From the NCBI GenBank assembly GCA_902596605.1, contig CACJUU010000009.1, positions 21,364-85,363 on the forward strand: DNA of 64,000 nucleotides, given 5' to 3'. This document shows positions 34,551 through 45,189 of the stretch, in pieces. The notes beneath the pieces were generated by a model. That model saw only the letters and a program-made list of their open reading frames with translations. It was not told the DNA's origin and did no database searches. The stretch is from an uncultured Alphaproteobacteria bacterium (lineage in GTDB: Bacteria; Pseudomonadota; Alphaproteobacteria; Rhodobacterales; Rhodobacteraceae). Position 1 is the first letter of the stretch. Every line of letters begins with the position of its first letter. The position numbers and the translations under genes are program-made.

Positions 34551-35663
34551 ATGAGTGATAGTAATATTATTCCTAAATGGCTCTCGGTAGGCGTGATACC
34601 ACTGATGAATTTGTTTCTAGCATTTTGTGTGTCTGGATTATTCATTTTTTTTATTGGAGAGAATCCGTTTAGAGCAATCTTTGTCATGATAAAAGGTGCT
34701 TTCTATTACCCAGGGGCTATAGGGTACACGCTCTATTATACAACAAATTTTATTTTTACTGGACTAGCAGTTGCTCTGGCATTCCACGCTCGGCTCTTCA
34801 ATATCGGTGGGGAAGGACAGGCATATGTAGGTGGACTTGGGGTGGGTCTAGTATGTTTGATTTTTGATCAGCATGTTGTGGGTTTCCTAGTTACGATATT
34901 AGCTATTTTGGGATCAGTAATTTTTGGGGCAATTTGGGGTATAATTCCAGGATATCTTCAGGCGAAAAGAGGTAGTCATATTGTGATAACAACAATTATG
35001 TTCAACTTTATAGCAGCAGCACTGATGGTGTATTTATTGGTTAATGTAATAATAGAACCTGGACAGATGTCTCCCGAGACAAGAGACTTTGCATCAGGTG
35101 TGGGATTAGTGCAAATACATATATTGGCGAAATATCTGGGATTAGAAATGGCAATGTCTCCCTTAAATCTCTCTTTTATAGTCGCTTTAATTGTCTCGGT
35201 TGGTTTTTGGTTTTTAGTGTGGAGAACGAAGTTTGGTTATGAAGTGAGGTCTCTTGGTCACTCGGAAACAGCAGCCATATACGCTGGCATTAAAGTATCA
35301 TCTACAATCATAATTGTTATGGCTATTTCTGGGGGTCTTGCTGGTCTGGTTGCAATTAATGAACTTTTAGGGGTTCACAATAAACTGCTTTTGGGTTTTA
35401 CGGCGGGATATGGCTTTACTGGTATAGCAGTCGCCTTGATGGGAAGAAATCATCCTGTTGGTATATTTCTGGCTAGTCTTTTATTTGGAGCTTTATACCA
35501 AGGTGGAACGGAATTAGACTTCGAGTTTTCATCGATAACCAGGGAAATGGTGTTGCTCATTCAAGGTTTGATAATACTTTTTTCTGGAGCGCTAGCTTAT
35601 ATGTTAAACCCTTTGATGGAGAGAATTTACATCAAGTATTACGGGAATTATAATAATGCTTGA
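34551..35663 (+). CDS. ABC transporter permease (first of a pair)
   Basis: 370-aa polytopic protein directly downstream of the tandem ATPase. It looks like the BPD_transp_2 type. Confidence 0.85.
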   Translation: MSDSNIIPKWLSVGVIPLMNLFLAFCVSGLFIFFIGENPFRAIFVMIKGAFYYPGAIGYTLYYTTNFIFTGLAVALAFHARLFNIGGEGQAYVGGLGVGLVCLIFDQHVVGFLVTILAILGSVIFGAIWGIIPGYLQAKRGSHIVITTIMFNFIAAALMVYLLVNVIIEPGQMSPETRDFASGVGLVQIHILAKYLGLEMAMSPLNLSFIVALIVSVGFWFLVWRTKFGYEVRSLGHSETAAIYAGIKVSSTIIIVMAISGGLAGLVAINELLGVHNKLLLGFTAGYGFTGIAVALMGRNHPVGIFLASLLFGALYQGGTELDFEFSSITREMVLLIQGLIILFSGALAYMLNPLMERIYIKYYGNYNNA

Positions 35664-36630
35664 AAGTTTTCAAATTATAATCTCCTTACTTGACTCAACT
35701 ATCAGGATTGCAACACCACTAATATTTTGTGCGATGGCCGGTATTTTTTCTGAGAGAAGCGGTATTATAGATATTGGATTAGAGGGTAAGATGCTGCTAT
35801 CTGCTTTTGTAGCTGCAACAGCGACATTCCTGACAGGGTCTCCAATTTTTGGATTATTTGCTGCTATTTTAATGTCATGTAGTGCGTCTTTAATCCATGG
35901 GTTCGCCTGTATTACAAATAAGGGAGACCAAGTTATAAGTGGTTTGGCTATAAATATTTTGGCATCAGGCTTGACAATAACTTTAGGGATAGCTCTATTT
36001 TCTAGAGGTGGTCAAACGCCGCCTTTAGCATCAGAACAACGATTTATGCCTATTGATTTTCCTTTTCTGGATCAGTTGAGTTTTGTTCCAGTCTTTGGAG
36101 AATTATTTGTTGAAGTAATTTCAGGCCATAATATTCTAGTTTATCTTTCAGTTTTAGCTGTTTTTTTCACTTACTATGTAATTTTTAAAACTAGGTTTGG
36201 TCTTCGACTAAGGGCTGTGGGGGAGAAACCTGAAGCAGTTGATACTGCTGGAATTTCGGTAATAAAAATGCGATATCAATCTATTTTAATCGCTGGAATG
36301 TTATGCGGACTTGCAGGAGCTTATTTATCAATTGCTCATGGTGCGGGATTTGGAAGAGAGATGTCTGCTGGTAAAGGTTATATCGCTTTAGCAGCAATGA
36401 TATTTGGTAAATGGAACCCAATTCCAACTCTATTTGCGTGCCTTTTATTCGGATTTTTAGAGGCATTAGGGGTAAGGCTGGAGGGGGTCGAGTTAATATG
36501 GATTGGAGAAGTTCCAGTGCAAGTAATGCAGGCATTACCATATGTTCTCACTGTAGTTTTGCTAGCAGGCTTTATCGGAAAAGCAAGGGCACCAGGAGCC
36601 ATAGGCGTCCCCTACAGCAAAGAAGGTTAA
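35656..36630 (+). CDS. ABC transporter permease (second of a pair)
   Basis: 324-aa polytopic protein. It overlaps the previous permease by 8 nt. Confidence 0.85.
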   Translation: MLESFQIIISLLDSTIRIATPLIFCAMAGIFSERSGIIDIGLEGKMLLSAFVAATATFLTGSPIFGLFAAILMSCSASLIHGFACITNKGDQVISGLAINILASGLTITLGIALFSRGGQTPPLASEQRFMPIDFPFLDQLSFVPVFGELFVEVISGHNILVYLSVLAVFFTYYVIFKTRFGLRLRAVGEKPEAVDTAGISVIKMRYQSILIAGMLCGLAGAYLSIAHGAGFGREMSAGKGYIALAAMIFGKWNPIPTLFACLLFGFLEALGVRLEGVELIWIGEVPVQVMQALPYVLTVVLLAGFIGKARAPGAIGVPYSKEG

Positions 36631-37043
36631 TTTAAATTAAGCTTCATTATTATAGCATCTTCTCGACTACCTGAACTATTTCTGTAATAGTTTTTTCGAA
36701 TGCCGCATTCTATAAAATTTAACGAGGAATACATATTTTTTGCTGGGATGTTATTAATTCCTACTTCAAGAGTTATAAAGTCTGCTCCATAATATTTGGA
36801 AAAGTTTATAATATTTTTTAAGAACTTTTTCCCTAATCCCTTTCCTCTGAGACTTTCTGCAACGCCAATAAAGTATATCTCTACTTCGCGATCAGTGAGA
36901 CTTAGTATAGCTATACAATTTTTTTCCTTTTCGATCTTGATATTTCTAGACTTCTGAAATCGTTTGAAATCCTCCAAAGAGAACTGAATTGACTCAATGT
37001 CTACACATTTCTTATAGAGATTAAAATATTCCTCAGCTGACAT
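36627..37043 (-). CDS. rimI: Ribosomal-protein-alanine N-acetyltransferase (GNAT)
   Basis: The GNAT motif A (RGKGLGKKFL) and LEV..N..A...Y..L.F...G.R..YY......DAIIM are present. It overlaps the tsaB 3' end by 11 nt, as in the usual tsaB-rimI pair. Confidence 0.75.
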   Translation of the reverse strand: MSAEEYFNLYKKCVDIESIQFSLEDFKRFQKSRNIKIEKEKNCIAILSLTDREVEIYFIGVAESLRGKGLGKKFLKNIINFSKYYGADFITLEVGINNIPAKNMYSSLNFIECGIRKNYYRNSSGSREDAIIMKLNLN

Positions 37044-37688
37044 CTAATGGTTTATCGAGTATTTTCGGTCCTTTATATTTTGCGAATAAAGACTGACCAG
37101 GTGATATGTATAAAGGCTTTGGTAAAAACTTTCCGGAACTTACTACTTTTCTTGAGAAATTAAGTAAATCTCGGATAGATATCTCATTTTGTTCGATAAA
37201 TTTTTTTACTTTAATACTTGTTGCTATTTCTTCTGCTTTATATCCAACAACTACTAAATCAGAGTGATCATCGGAGGTTTTAATATCCTCTATTTCTGAA
37301 GAGGACATAAAAATAAGCTCTTCATCTTTTAATATGCACCAGTATATTTTATTCCCTCTATATTTGAGAGAAATTAAAGCGGACTTATATATCTTTGATA
37401 GCGCTTGAAACTTATTTATACCTATTAGTTGAATACGTAAAGAACAACAAATACCCTTCATAGCAGATATCGATGCCCTAATCCCGTTAAAATTTCCGGG
37501 CCCAGTACAAACCACAATTCTATTAATCTCGTGTATTTCTGTCTTATTTTTCTTTAGAAAGTCTGAAAGAAAAAAAAAATTTTATCAAAATTTGGTTGGT
37601 CTAAATTTTTGTAGTCAGAAAATACGCCATTAATATCGAGACCCATTTTTATATCTGAGGTGGTAAGGTCTACAGCGAGCGTGTTCAT
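37033..37688 (-). pseudogene. tsaB: tsaB (t6A37 threonylcarbamoyltransferase complex dimerisation subunit), reading frame broken at a homopolymer. Either a true frameshift or a sequencing artefact.
   Basis: My own translation from ATG at 37688 gives MNTLAVDLTTSDIKMGLDINGVFSDYKNLDQPNFDKIFFFFQTF*, with the stop at 37554-37556. The rest (..NRIVVCTGPGNFNGIRASIS.. to the stop at 37033) is open in the -1 frame from 37581. The frames switch at the T10 run. Confidence 0.75.
37570..37579. repeat. A10 homopolymer (T10 on the tsaB coding strand) at the frame break
   Basis: Counted directly in gtctgaaag-aaaaaaaaaa-ttttatc. Confidence 0.9.
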
Positions 37689-37699
37689 AATCCTTTTTA

Positions 37700-38257
37700 T
37701 CAAGCTACAGGTCTAACTTCAGTCACTTCAGGGATGTAGTGCTTAAGTAGATTTTCAATGCCCATTTTTAATGTCATAGTTGATGAAGGACATCCAGCGC
37801 AAGCCCCTTGCATATGCAAGTATACTACTCCTTCCTCAAAACTCTGAAAAGTTATATCTCCACCATCTTGGGCAACAGCCGGTCTAACCCTAGTATCTAA
37901 AAGGTCTGTTATTTTTTTTATTATTTCACTGTCAGGTCCATCATGAATTTCGTGCAATGAGTCTCCAGACTCTTCGTTTAATATTTCCTCACCAGACTGT
38001 AAGAAGTCCATAATCGTTCCCAGTAGAGCTGGCTTTATATGTTCCCATAAGAAATCTTCTTTCTTAGTAATTGTGATAAAGTCGCTCCCTAGAAAAACTC
38101 CAACTACACCATCTATGCCAAACAGTTTTTTTGCTAAAGGTGAGCTTTCAGTATTATCGCCCTCACTAAAATTGGCGGTTCCTGTACCCAAAACGGTCTG
38201 ACCAGGTAAAAACTTCAGTGTTGCCGGGTTGGGTGTCTCTTCTGTTTGGATAAACAT
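37700..38257 (-). CDS. NifU/Nfu-type Fe-S cluster assembly scaffold (Nfu_N plus NifU C-terminal domain)
   Basis: MFIQTEETPNPATLKFLPG and the C-terminal GACAGCPSS motif are present. Trimmed to the internal ATG (complement of 38255-38257). Confidence 0.85.
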   Translation of the reverse strand: MFIQTEETPNPATLKFLPGQTVLGTGTANFSEGDNTESSPLAKKLFGIDGVVGVFLGSDFITITKKEDFLWEHIKPALLGTIMDFLQSGEEILNEESGDSLHEIHDGPDSEIIKKITDLLDTRVRPAVAQDGGDITFQSFEEGVVYLHMQGACAGCPSSTMTLKMGIENLLKHYIPEVTEVRPVA

Positions 38258-38318
38258 AACTTTTCTCCAGTATCGTTCTTTAAAACTTACATAGTTAGCA
38301 TTATAGCATTTTTCAAGG

Positions 38319-38777
38319 CTAAGATACAGCTTCAATTCTTTCTTTTGTCATTGAACCTGGCACGATAGTGACAGGTATAGGCAAGTTGCCACCATCTCGT
38401 GAAACTAATTGGCTTATTAATGGCCCAGGACCTTCACTCGAATTGTTTGCCCCTAAAACAAGCACCCCAACTTCTTTGTCTTCCGAGATTTGGTTCAGTA
38501 CCTCAGTAGCTTTTTCTCCCTCTCGAATAACTAATTCAGCCTCGAGCTTTAACTCGTCTTTCATCCAGTTCGAATAAATCTGAAAACTTTCTTCAATCGT
38601 TTCCCTTGCTTCTTCTCTCATTTTTTCGGCAACACCAAGCCAGTGCGTTTGATCTTGAGGCGTGATAATCGCTAGCACTTCGACACCACCACCAGTTTTA
38701 GCGGCTCTGGTGGCCGCGTAGTGAAGCGCATTTAAGAACTCGGGACTATTATCCATTATTACTAAAAATTTTCTCAC
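38319..38777 (-). CDS. Universal stress protein (UspA family)
   Basis: 152 aa. The VLVLGAN....GPGPLISQL...PVTIVPG C-terminal pattern is typical of Usp domains. Confidence 0.75.
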   Translation of the reverse strand: MRKFLVIMDNSPEFLNALHYAATRAAKTGGGVEVLAIITPQDQTHWLGVAEKMREEARETIEESFQIYSNWMKDELKLEAELVIREGEKATEVLNQISEDKEVGVLVLGANNSSEGPGPLISQLVSRDGGNLPIPVTIVPGSMTKERIEAVS

Positions 38778-38837
38778 AATTCCTCATATAAAAACGATGC
38801 ACTAGTGTATCCTAAAAATCTAAGAAATCTTATATTT

Positions 38838-39848
38838 TTATTTCAAGAACCCAACTATCTCACGTGTCTTTTGTAATATTGGTTGTGAAATATCACTAGC
38901 TTTATCAGATCCTTTTCGCAAAATTTCTACAATATGTGTTTCGTCATTAAGGAGCTTTTTTATCTCCTTATTTATTGGATCAAGTTCAGAAATAAGGATA
39001 TCTGATAGCTCATCTTTCAATTTTTTAAAATCCGATCCTGAAAATTGCTCCAGTGTTTTTTCAAAGGATTGATCCGCTAAAGTTGCATAGATTCCGAGCA
39101 AATTTTCTGCTTCTGGACGGTTCGCAAGTTCCTCTTTTTCGCTCGGTATTTCAAAGGGATCTGTCTTTGCCTTTTGAATTTTTTTTCTAATCGAATCGCT
39201 ATTATCGGTTAGGTTTATCCGAGACATCTCTGACGCTTCTGACTTAGACATTTTCTTTGTTCCATCTCTCAAAGACATTATTCTTGTGGCTGTTCCTTCT
39301 ATAATTGGCTCCGGTATCGGGAAAAAGCCTGGCGTCTTGAAGTCATTATTAAATTTCATAGCTATATCGCGAGTTAATTCGAGATGTTGTTTTTGGTCTT
39401 CACCTACCGGTACATGAGTGGCGTGATAAGCAAGAATGTCCGCCGCCATTAAAGTTGGGTAACAATAAAGTCCAAGAGAAGCATTTTCTCTATTTTTCCC
39501 AGCTTTCTCTTTAAATTGTGTCATACGATTCAGCCACCCAATTCTTGCTACACAATTAAATATCCATGCTAGCTCTGTATGTGTCGAGACTTGACTTTGG
39601 TTGAATATAATTGAATTTTCTTGCCGTAAACCACAGGCTAGAAAAGCGGCGGTTACCTCGATAGTATTTTGGCGTAATTCTTTTGGATCTTGCCAATTGG
39701 TTATTGCATGGAGATCTACCAGGCAATAAATGCACATTGTATCAGCATCTTGAAGCTCAACAAATCGCTTAACGGCTCCAAGATAATTACCTAAGTGGAG
39801 GTTTCCAGTGGGCTGCACACCAGAAAAAACTAATTTACTATCCATCAA
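38838..39848 (-). CDS. trpS: Tryptophan--tRNA ligase
   Basis: [16 protein letters not shown] is the HIGH-type motif and KMSKS is present. 336 aa. Confidence 0.97.
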   Translation of the reverse strand: MMDSKLVFSGVQPTGNLHLGNYLGAVKRFVELQDADTMCIYCLVDLHAITNWQDPKELRQNTIEVTAAFLACGLRQENSIIFNQSQVSTHTELAWIFNCVARIGWLNRMTQFKEKAGKNRENASLGLYCYPTLMAADILAYHATHVPVGEDQKQHLELTRDIAMKFNNDFKTPGFFPIPEPIIEGTATRIMSLRDGTKKMSKSEASEMSRINLTDNSDSIRKKIQKAKTDPFEIPSEKEELANRPEAENLLGIYATLADQSFEKTLEQFSGSDFKKLKDELSDILISELDPINKEIKKLLNDETHIVEILRKGSDKASDISQPILQKTREIVGFLK

Positions 39849-39862
39849 AAACGTCTCTTATA

Positions 39863-41410
39863 TTATTTACTAAAGTCATTGACCCAAAAATTCTTATCCA
39901 ATATACCCAAAAACTTTAGGCATGCAAAATAACTAATTCCTGATAGGGGTATGACCATACTTAACCATAGGATTGTGAGGATTTGCGTGGAAAAATACTG
40001 AAGTGTAAAAGATTTCGTTGTTACTAACAAAATGAGCATAAAACAACTGCTAAGGACAATCCTTGGTAGGCCCCGTTTAAAAGCACTATCAAAATAAAAA
40101 CCAAATTTGTAGGTATGATAGACTAATGAAATAAACACCAACCAATTTGTGATTGCGTATGCTATTGGAGGCGCTAAAAACTTGAATGTATCTAGTAGGG
40201 TATAAGCAAGACTCACGTTTAAGAAAACAGATGCCAGCGAGTAATAAAAAGGTATCCTGATATTTTTCTCTGCAAAATAAAAGTTGAGTAGTAGCATTTG
40301 TAAGCTTATTGGTATAATACTTAAGCTGTAAATTGATAAAGCTTTACTGGTTTGAATAGCATCATTCACTAAAAAATTCCCTCTTTGAAATAGAGACGAT
40401 ATGATCTCGGAATTTAAATATATTAAACCTACAGAGGCAGGCAGTGCAAAAATAAGGGATAATTGCATAGACTGGTTTAGATATACGTTGCTCTCAACTT
40501 TTCGACCACTTTTTTTGAGTGAACTAAGTTTTGGTAGAGTAACAACATTTAAAGCAACCCCAATAAGCGCAATTGGAAGCTGTGCAAGCCTATCAGCATA
40601 AATAAGCCATACCATAGCACCATCAAAAAGTGATGATATTTGTCTACCCACTACGAGATTTATTTGTGAAACGCCACTTGCTAAACTAATGGGTATTGAT
40701 TTTAAAAATAGTTGTTTTGAGATACTTAGATTCGGATTTAAGGCAGATAAATTTACTGAAGTAAGAGAAATTCCATTCAACCTGCATGCTATGAAAACCA
40801 TTACTAAGTTGACAAAGCCAGAAGCCAATACTGCCACGCAAAGATTATAACCAAAATCACCAGAGTAAAGGGCAGAAAAAATTAATGAACCAATAAGAAA
40901 TAAGTTTAAAACACCCTGCGTGGCGGTACTGATGTGATATAGGTTGAGAGCATTAAGTACTGAATTGAATAATTGTACCAGTGAGATGAGAAGAATGTAC
41001 GGAAACATTATTCTTCCATATAGTACTGCCAATTCGAACCTTTCGTCATATAAAAAACCAAACGCAAGTGCTTTTATTAAAGCAGGCATAAAAATCACTC
41101 CTAGAATTGAAATCAAACCTAAGATTATAAAAAGAGAAAAAAACACAATTGTCACCAGCTCGTTAGTGTTTTTCTTTCTACCTTTGACACCTATAAAAAT
41201 CGGTATAAACACTTTATTAAATGAACCCTCAGCAAATATTCGCCTAAGCATATTCGGAACAGTAAATGCGAGTAAAAAAGCCTGAGCCACTGGACCTGAA
41301 CCAAGAAAAAGAGCCAGAAAAATATCGCGCAAAAATCCTAATATTCGGCTAAAGAGTGTCCAAAGACCAACAATTGAGAAGTTATTAATAAGAGAGGATT
41401 TCTTTGTCAT
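39863..41410 (-). CDS. murJ: Lipid II flippase MurJ (MviN)
   Basis: 515-aa polytopic protein. SRILGFLRDIFLALFLGSGPVAQAF..AF..PN.LRRIFAEG is the MurJ N-terminal signature. Its ATG shares one base with the glnD stop (TAATG). Confidence 0.92.
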   Translation of the reverse strand: MTKKSSLINNFSIVGLWTLFSRILGFLRDIFLALFLGSGPVAQAFLLAFTVPNMLRRIFAEGSFNKVFIPIFIGVKGRKKNTNELVTIVFFSLFIILGLISILGVIFMPALIKALAFGFLYDERFELAVLYGRIMFPYILLISLVQLFNSVLNALNLYHISTATQGVLNLFLIGSLIFSALYSGDFGYNLCVAVLASGFVNLVMVFIACRLNGISLTSVNLSALNPNLSISKQLFLKSIPISLASGVSQINLVVGRQISSLFDGAMVWLIYADRLAQLPIALIGVALNVVTLPKLSSLKKSGRKVESNVYLNQSMQLSLIFALPASVGLIYLNSEIISSLFQRGNFLVNDAIQTSKALSIYSLSIIPISLQMLLLNFYFAEKNIRIPFYYSLASVFLNVSLAYTLLDTFKFLAPPIAYAITNWLVFISLVYHTYKFGFYFDSAFKRGLPRIVLSSCFMLILLVTTKSFTLQYFSTQILTILWLSMVIPLSGISYFACLKFLGILDKNFWVNDFSK

Positions 41411-44184
41411 TAATTTTTTAGCGCCTTCTTAAAATGTTTATCAAGATAAAACAAAAGTTCCTTCCTCACTTGCTCTAGCTTTTGTGAGGATGTAATTTTT
41501 TCGCCAAATAAATCATTTACATAAAATGTGTCTACAGCTTGCTCTCCATATGTAGCAATTACCGCAGACCTTATCGTAATTTGGTTCTGAAATAGTGTAT
41601 TTGTTATGTTATATAGAAGGCCTAATCTATCTCGAGTATCAACTTCAATCATAGTTTGTTTATGCGACCCTTTGTTATCAAAGGAAATCTTTGTGGGAAC
41701 CTCAAAGTACTTCTCACGGTCTTTTATTTTGTCTTGTTTCTCTAGAATTGATTTTGTGATAATCTCCCCTGATAGGGTTTTCTTAACTGTTTCTAACAAC
41801 TTTCTAGTTTTTCTTTCATCATATTTTTTTCCAAGATTGTCTTGTACCCAAAAAATGAAATTTGCTATTCCGTCTTTTGTTGTAAATGTTTTTGCATCAA
41901 TAACATTAGCAGAGGCAATTGCTAGTGCTCCTGCCAATCTTGAAAAAATGCCAGGATGGTCTTCCATGACAAAAATTATCTTTGTTATATCACGCTCGTT
42001 GTCATATGCAGGTTCAACCTGCAATGGATCTTGCTCAAGCCTTATGATCATTTCGGCTATAAGCTTTTGGGTTGGCGTATCTAAAACTAGCCAATAAGCA
42101 TCAAAATGGCGCAAAGTTTCCTTTTTGATATCTTCATTGCTAAACCCTTGGAGATATCCCTTAAGCTTAGTCTTTGCTGTATCTATACGCTCTGACCTTG
42201 TTTCAACCTTGATATCTTTTGATACCAATTTAAGTGTTTGAAAGTAAAGGCTCTCAAGTAGAGACTTTTTCCAATTGTTCCATGCATCATAAGATACCCC
42301 TTTTATATCACAAACAGTAAGTATAAATAGTAGATCTAGTGTTGCTCTATCTGTGACATACTCTTGAAAATCTATAATTGTTTTTTGGTCTGATAAATCT
42401 CGTTTTTGAGCAAAATCAGACATCATTAAATGATTTCTCACTAACCAACAAATTTTCTTACGCTCACTATCTTTCAGAGAAAACCTTTTACATAATTTTG
42501 TGGCAATTTTCTCACCCTCAATAGAGTGGTCATTTTCTAACCCCTTTCCAATATCATGAAAGAGTATTGAGAGATACAGTACTTTTCTATTAAGAGATTT
42601 TCTCGAAAATATTTCCTCTACAGCCGTTCCAAAGTTTTTAGGTAATTTTTCAATCTCGGATAAAACTTTTAAGCATTGAATCGTATGTTCGTCGACAGTG
42701 AACCAGTGGTACATATTAAACTGCATTAACGCTACAATTCTACCAAAGTCAGGTATAAATGCCCCTAAAAACCCAACTTCGTTCATTCTTCTCAGAACTC
42801 TTTCGGGATTGCCGTAATCAATCAATAAACTTAAAAACAGGTCATTTGCCTCAAAACTATTTTTGAGCTCAGAGTCTACCAAATCTAAATTTTGTGAAAC
42901 TAGTCTTAATGCTTGTGGATGAATTAGTATTTTAGAATCGAGGGCACAAATGAATAGCTTTAAAATATTTATGGGTTTTTCTGTTAAAAAATATTTATCT
43001 TTAATATTGAGTCTGCCTTTTTCAATAATTAACCCTGGTTGCAATTGCTTTAATGATCTCCCGGAAAGCCCCAGCAGTTCTGAGAGGTTTCTCTTAAATC
43101 CTTTTTTCTTTGCCAAATAATTCTCTTCTATTGCTGTTAAGAATATTCTCGTAAGATCTCCAACATTTTTTGCCTGCAGAAAATATTTTTGCATAAATAT
43201 CTCAACGCCTCTTCTCGAGTTATCATCTTCAATATTTAAGCTTTTTGCTAAATCAGCTTGAATGTTAAAAGTTAATTTCTCATTAGCGTAACCTGATATT
43301 TGATGAATTTTACACCTTATAAACCAAAGAAAATTTTCCGCTTCTGTAAATATTTCTAGCTCGCTCTTCTTAAAGATCTTTTTCTCTATAAGGGATTGGA
43401 TGTTATCGGTTTTATAAATATACTTTGATATCCAGTATAAGGTATGGAGGTCTCGTAGTCCTCCCTTACCTTCTTTAATATTTGGCTCTAGCATATACCG
43501 CGCATTAGCATGCTTAAGGTGTCTTTCTGCTCTCTCCGAAAGCTTTCCTTCCACAAAATTCGATGCTTTTTTCGAAAAAACTTTTTTCTTTAGCGTAGTC
43601 TCTAATTCTTTAAATAAGTCTCTACTTCCACATAAGTATCTCTTCTCCAGCATTGAGGTTTGTATTGTTAAGTCATCCAAACCTAGTTGAACACAATCAG
43701 ATATAGTTCTAGATGAGTGACCTACTTTAAATTTTAAATCCCAAAGTAGATACAATACTGACTCCACTACACTCTTAGCCCAGCCTGTCTGACGTTTATT
43801 GGAGAGGAATAATAAATCTATGTCGGAATAAGGAGCCATTTCACCCCTTCCGAAACCTCCTACAGCAACTAACGATAAGCTTTGACTTCCAGAAGGGTGA
43901 GTAAACGGATGAAATTTTTTATGGACTAGATTAAAAACAGTAGTAACCAATATATCTGTTTTTTTACAAAAAAGGCTTTTCGCTTCGTTGCCTAAAAAAG
44001 GGCATTTGTTTAGAAAATCAAAAGCGACTTGGGTCATGAGCTCATTAGAAGCTCTAAGAATGGATGTTATCTTTGCTCTTGTCTTAACATCTGGATTATT
44101 GGGAATAGGTAAATCTAAAAGTTCTTTATTTAACTTTTCTCTGTAACTATCCAATTCGATTATGGTCTTCTTTGCTGTCTGCAT
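41410..44184 (-). CDS. glnD: [Protein-PII] uridylyltransferase / uridylyl-removing enzyme
   Basis: 924 aa. It has a nucleotidyltransferase block (GGFGRGEMAPYSDIDLLFL), an HD domain (LFHDIGKG) and two C-terminal ACT domains. glnD-murJ adjacency is classical in Alphaproteobacteria. Confidence 0.95.
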   Translation of the reverse strand: MQTAKKTIIELDSYREKLNKELLDLPIPNNPDVKTRAKITSILRASNELMTQVAFDFLNKCPFLGNEAKSLFCKKTDILVTTVFNLVHKKFHPFTHPSGSQSLSLVAVGGFGRGEMAPYSDIDLLFLSNKRQTGWAKSVVESVLYLLWDLKFKVGHSSRTISDCVQLGLDDLTIQTSMLEKRYLCGSRDLFKELETTLKKKVFSKKASNFVEGKLSERAERHLKHANARYMLEPNIKEGKGGLRDLHTLYWISKYIYKTDNIQSLIEKKIFKKSELEIFTEAENFLWFIRCKIHQISGYANEKLTFNIQADLAKSLNIEDDNSRRGVEIFMQKYFLQAKNVGDLTRIFLTAIEENYLAKKKGFKRNLSELLGLSGRSLKQLQPGLIIEKGRLNIKDKYFLTEKPINILKLFICALDSKILIHPQALRLVSQNLDLVDSELKNSFEANDLFLSLLIDYGNPERVLRRMNEVGFLGAFIPDFGRIVALMQFNMYHWFTVDEHTIQCLKVLSEIEKLPKNFGTAVEEIFSRKSLNRKVLYLSILFHDIGKGLENDHSIEGEKIATKLCKRFSLKDSERKKICWLVRNHLMMSDFAQKRDLSDQKTIIDFQEYVTDRATLDLLFILTVCDIKGVSYDAWNNWKKSLLESLYFQTLKLVSKDIKVETRSERIDTAKTKLKGYLQGFSNEDIKKETLRHFDAYWLVLDTPTQKLIAEMIIRLEQDPLQVEPAYDNERDITKIIFVMEDHPGIFSRLAGALAIASANVIDAKTFTTKDGIANFIFWVQDNLGKKYDERKTRKLLETVKKTLSGEIITKSILEKQDKIKDREKYFEVPTKISFDNKGSHKQTMIEVDTRDRLGLLYNITNTLFQNQITIRSAVIATYGEQAVDTFYVNDLFGEKITSSQKLEQVRKELLFYLDKHFKKALKN

Positions 44185-44300
44185 AAACTAGAGTAATATT
44201 ATATTTAGTTAGACTACACGAGAGAATTATTAAAAAATTTATAAAGTCTGGAAAGCTTTAGATGAGAAGTTATATTAAATTGCGAGATTTTTGAATAAGT

Positions 44301-45170
44301 ATGAACAAATTTGTGTATCCAGAAATTAAGCCCGGTTTATATATTGTTTCACTTCCAGTGGGCTGTCTAAGTGATATTAGTTTTAGAGCAATACACATGT
44401 TAAGTAATTCTGATTACATAGCTGGCGAAGATACTCGAAGTGTAAGATCACTATTTAAATTATTGAAAATTAGCAAATCAATAAAGTCTATAATTTCATA
44501 TCACGATCATAGCTCAGCTCATACAAGAGGGAAAATAATAGAATTAATTAAACAAGGCAAAAGTGTGGCTTTAGTTAGTGACGCGGGCACACCATTGATT
44601 TCAGATCCTGGTTATAAACTGGTAAAGACTACAATTGAAGAGGGTTTTGAGGTTTTTAGCGTTCCTGGACCCTCCTCTGTTATTGCGGCATTAACAGTAT
44701 CAGGCTTGCCAACGGATACGTTTAGTTTTTTGGGGTTTTTACCGAATACCAAAAGCAAGAAGAAAAAACTATTAGAAACGTATTTAAATCTAGGCTCTTC
44801 TTTGATTATTTTTGAGAGTGGAAAGAGACTGCAAAAAACGTTGGAACTCTTAGCAGAAACTTGCAGACCATCCACTGAAATATGTATCTGTAGGGAGCTA
44901 ACGAAATTAAATGAAGAGGTAAACAGGTTTAAAGCACAAGAAGGTATAAAGGTAACAAAGAAAATGAGATCCTTAAAAGGAGAGTTTGTAATTGTAGTAG
45001 GAAAAAATGAGGCTCGAGATTTTGACTTGAAAAACCTAGATGAACAGCTTAGAAAAATAAAAAAATTGATGAGCATGAAAGATTCAGTGGATTTTTTAGC
45101 TGAGAAGCTAAATATCCAAAAAAAAATTATATATAAAAAAGCCCTAACGATATTTAAAGATAAGAATTAA
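44301..45170 (+). CDS. rsmI: 16S rRNA (cytidine1402-2'-O)-methyltransferase
   Basis: GLYIVSLPVGCLSDISFRA...IAGEDTR...SDAGTPLISDPGYKLV shows tetrapyrrole-methylase-fold RsmI motifs. Confidence 0.9.
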   Translation: MNKFVYPEIKPGLYIVSLPVGCLSDISFRAIHMLSNSDYIAGEDTRSVRSLFKLLKISKSIKSIISYHDHSSAHTRGKIIELIKQGKSVALVSDAGTPLISDPGYKLVKTTIEEGFEVFSVPGPSSVIAALTVSGLPTDTFSFLGFLPNTKSKKKKLLETYLNLGSSLIIFESGKRLQKTLELLAETCRPSTEICICRELTKLNEEVNRFKAQEGIKVTKKMRSLKGEFVIVVGKNEARDFDLKNLDEQLRKIKKLMSMKDSVDFLAEKLNIQKKIIYKKALTIFKDKN

Positions 45171-45189
45171 CCTAGACTGGTATGTATTT

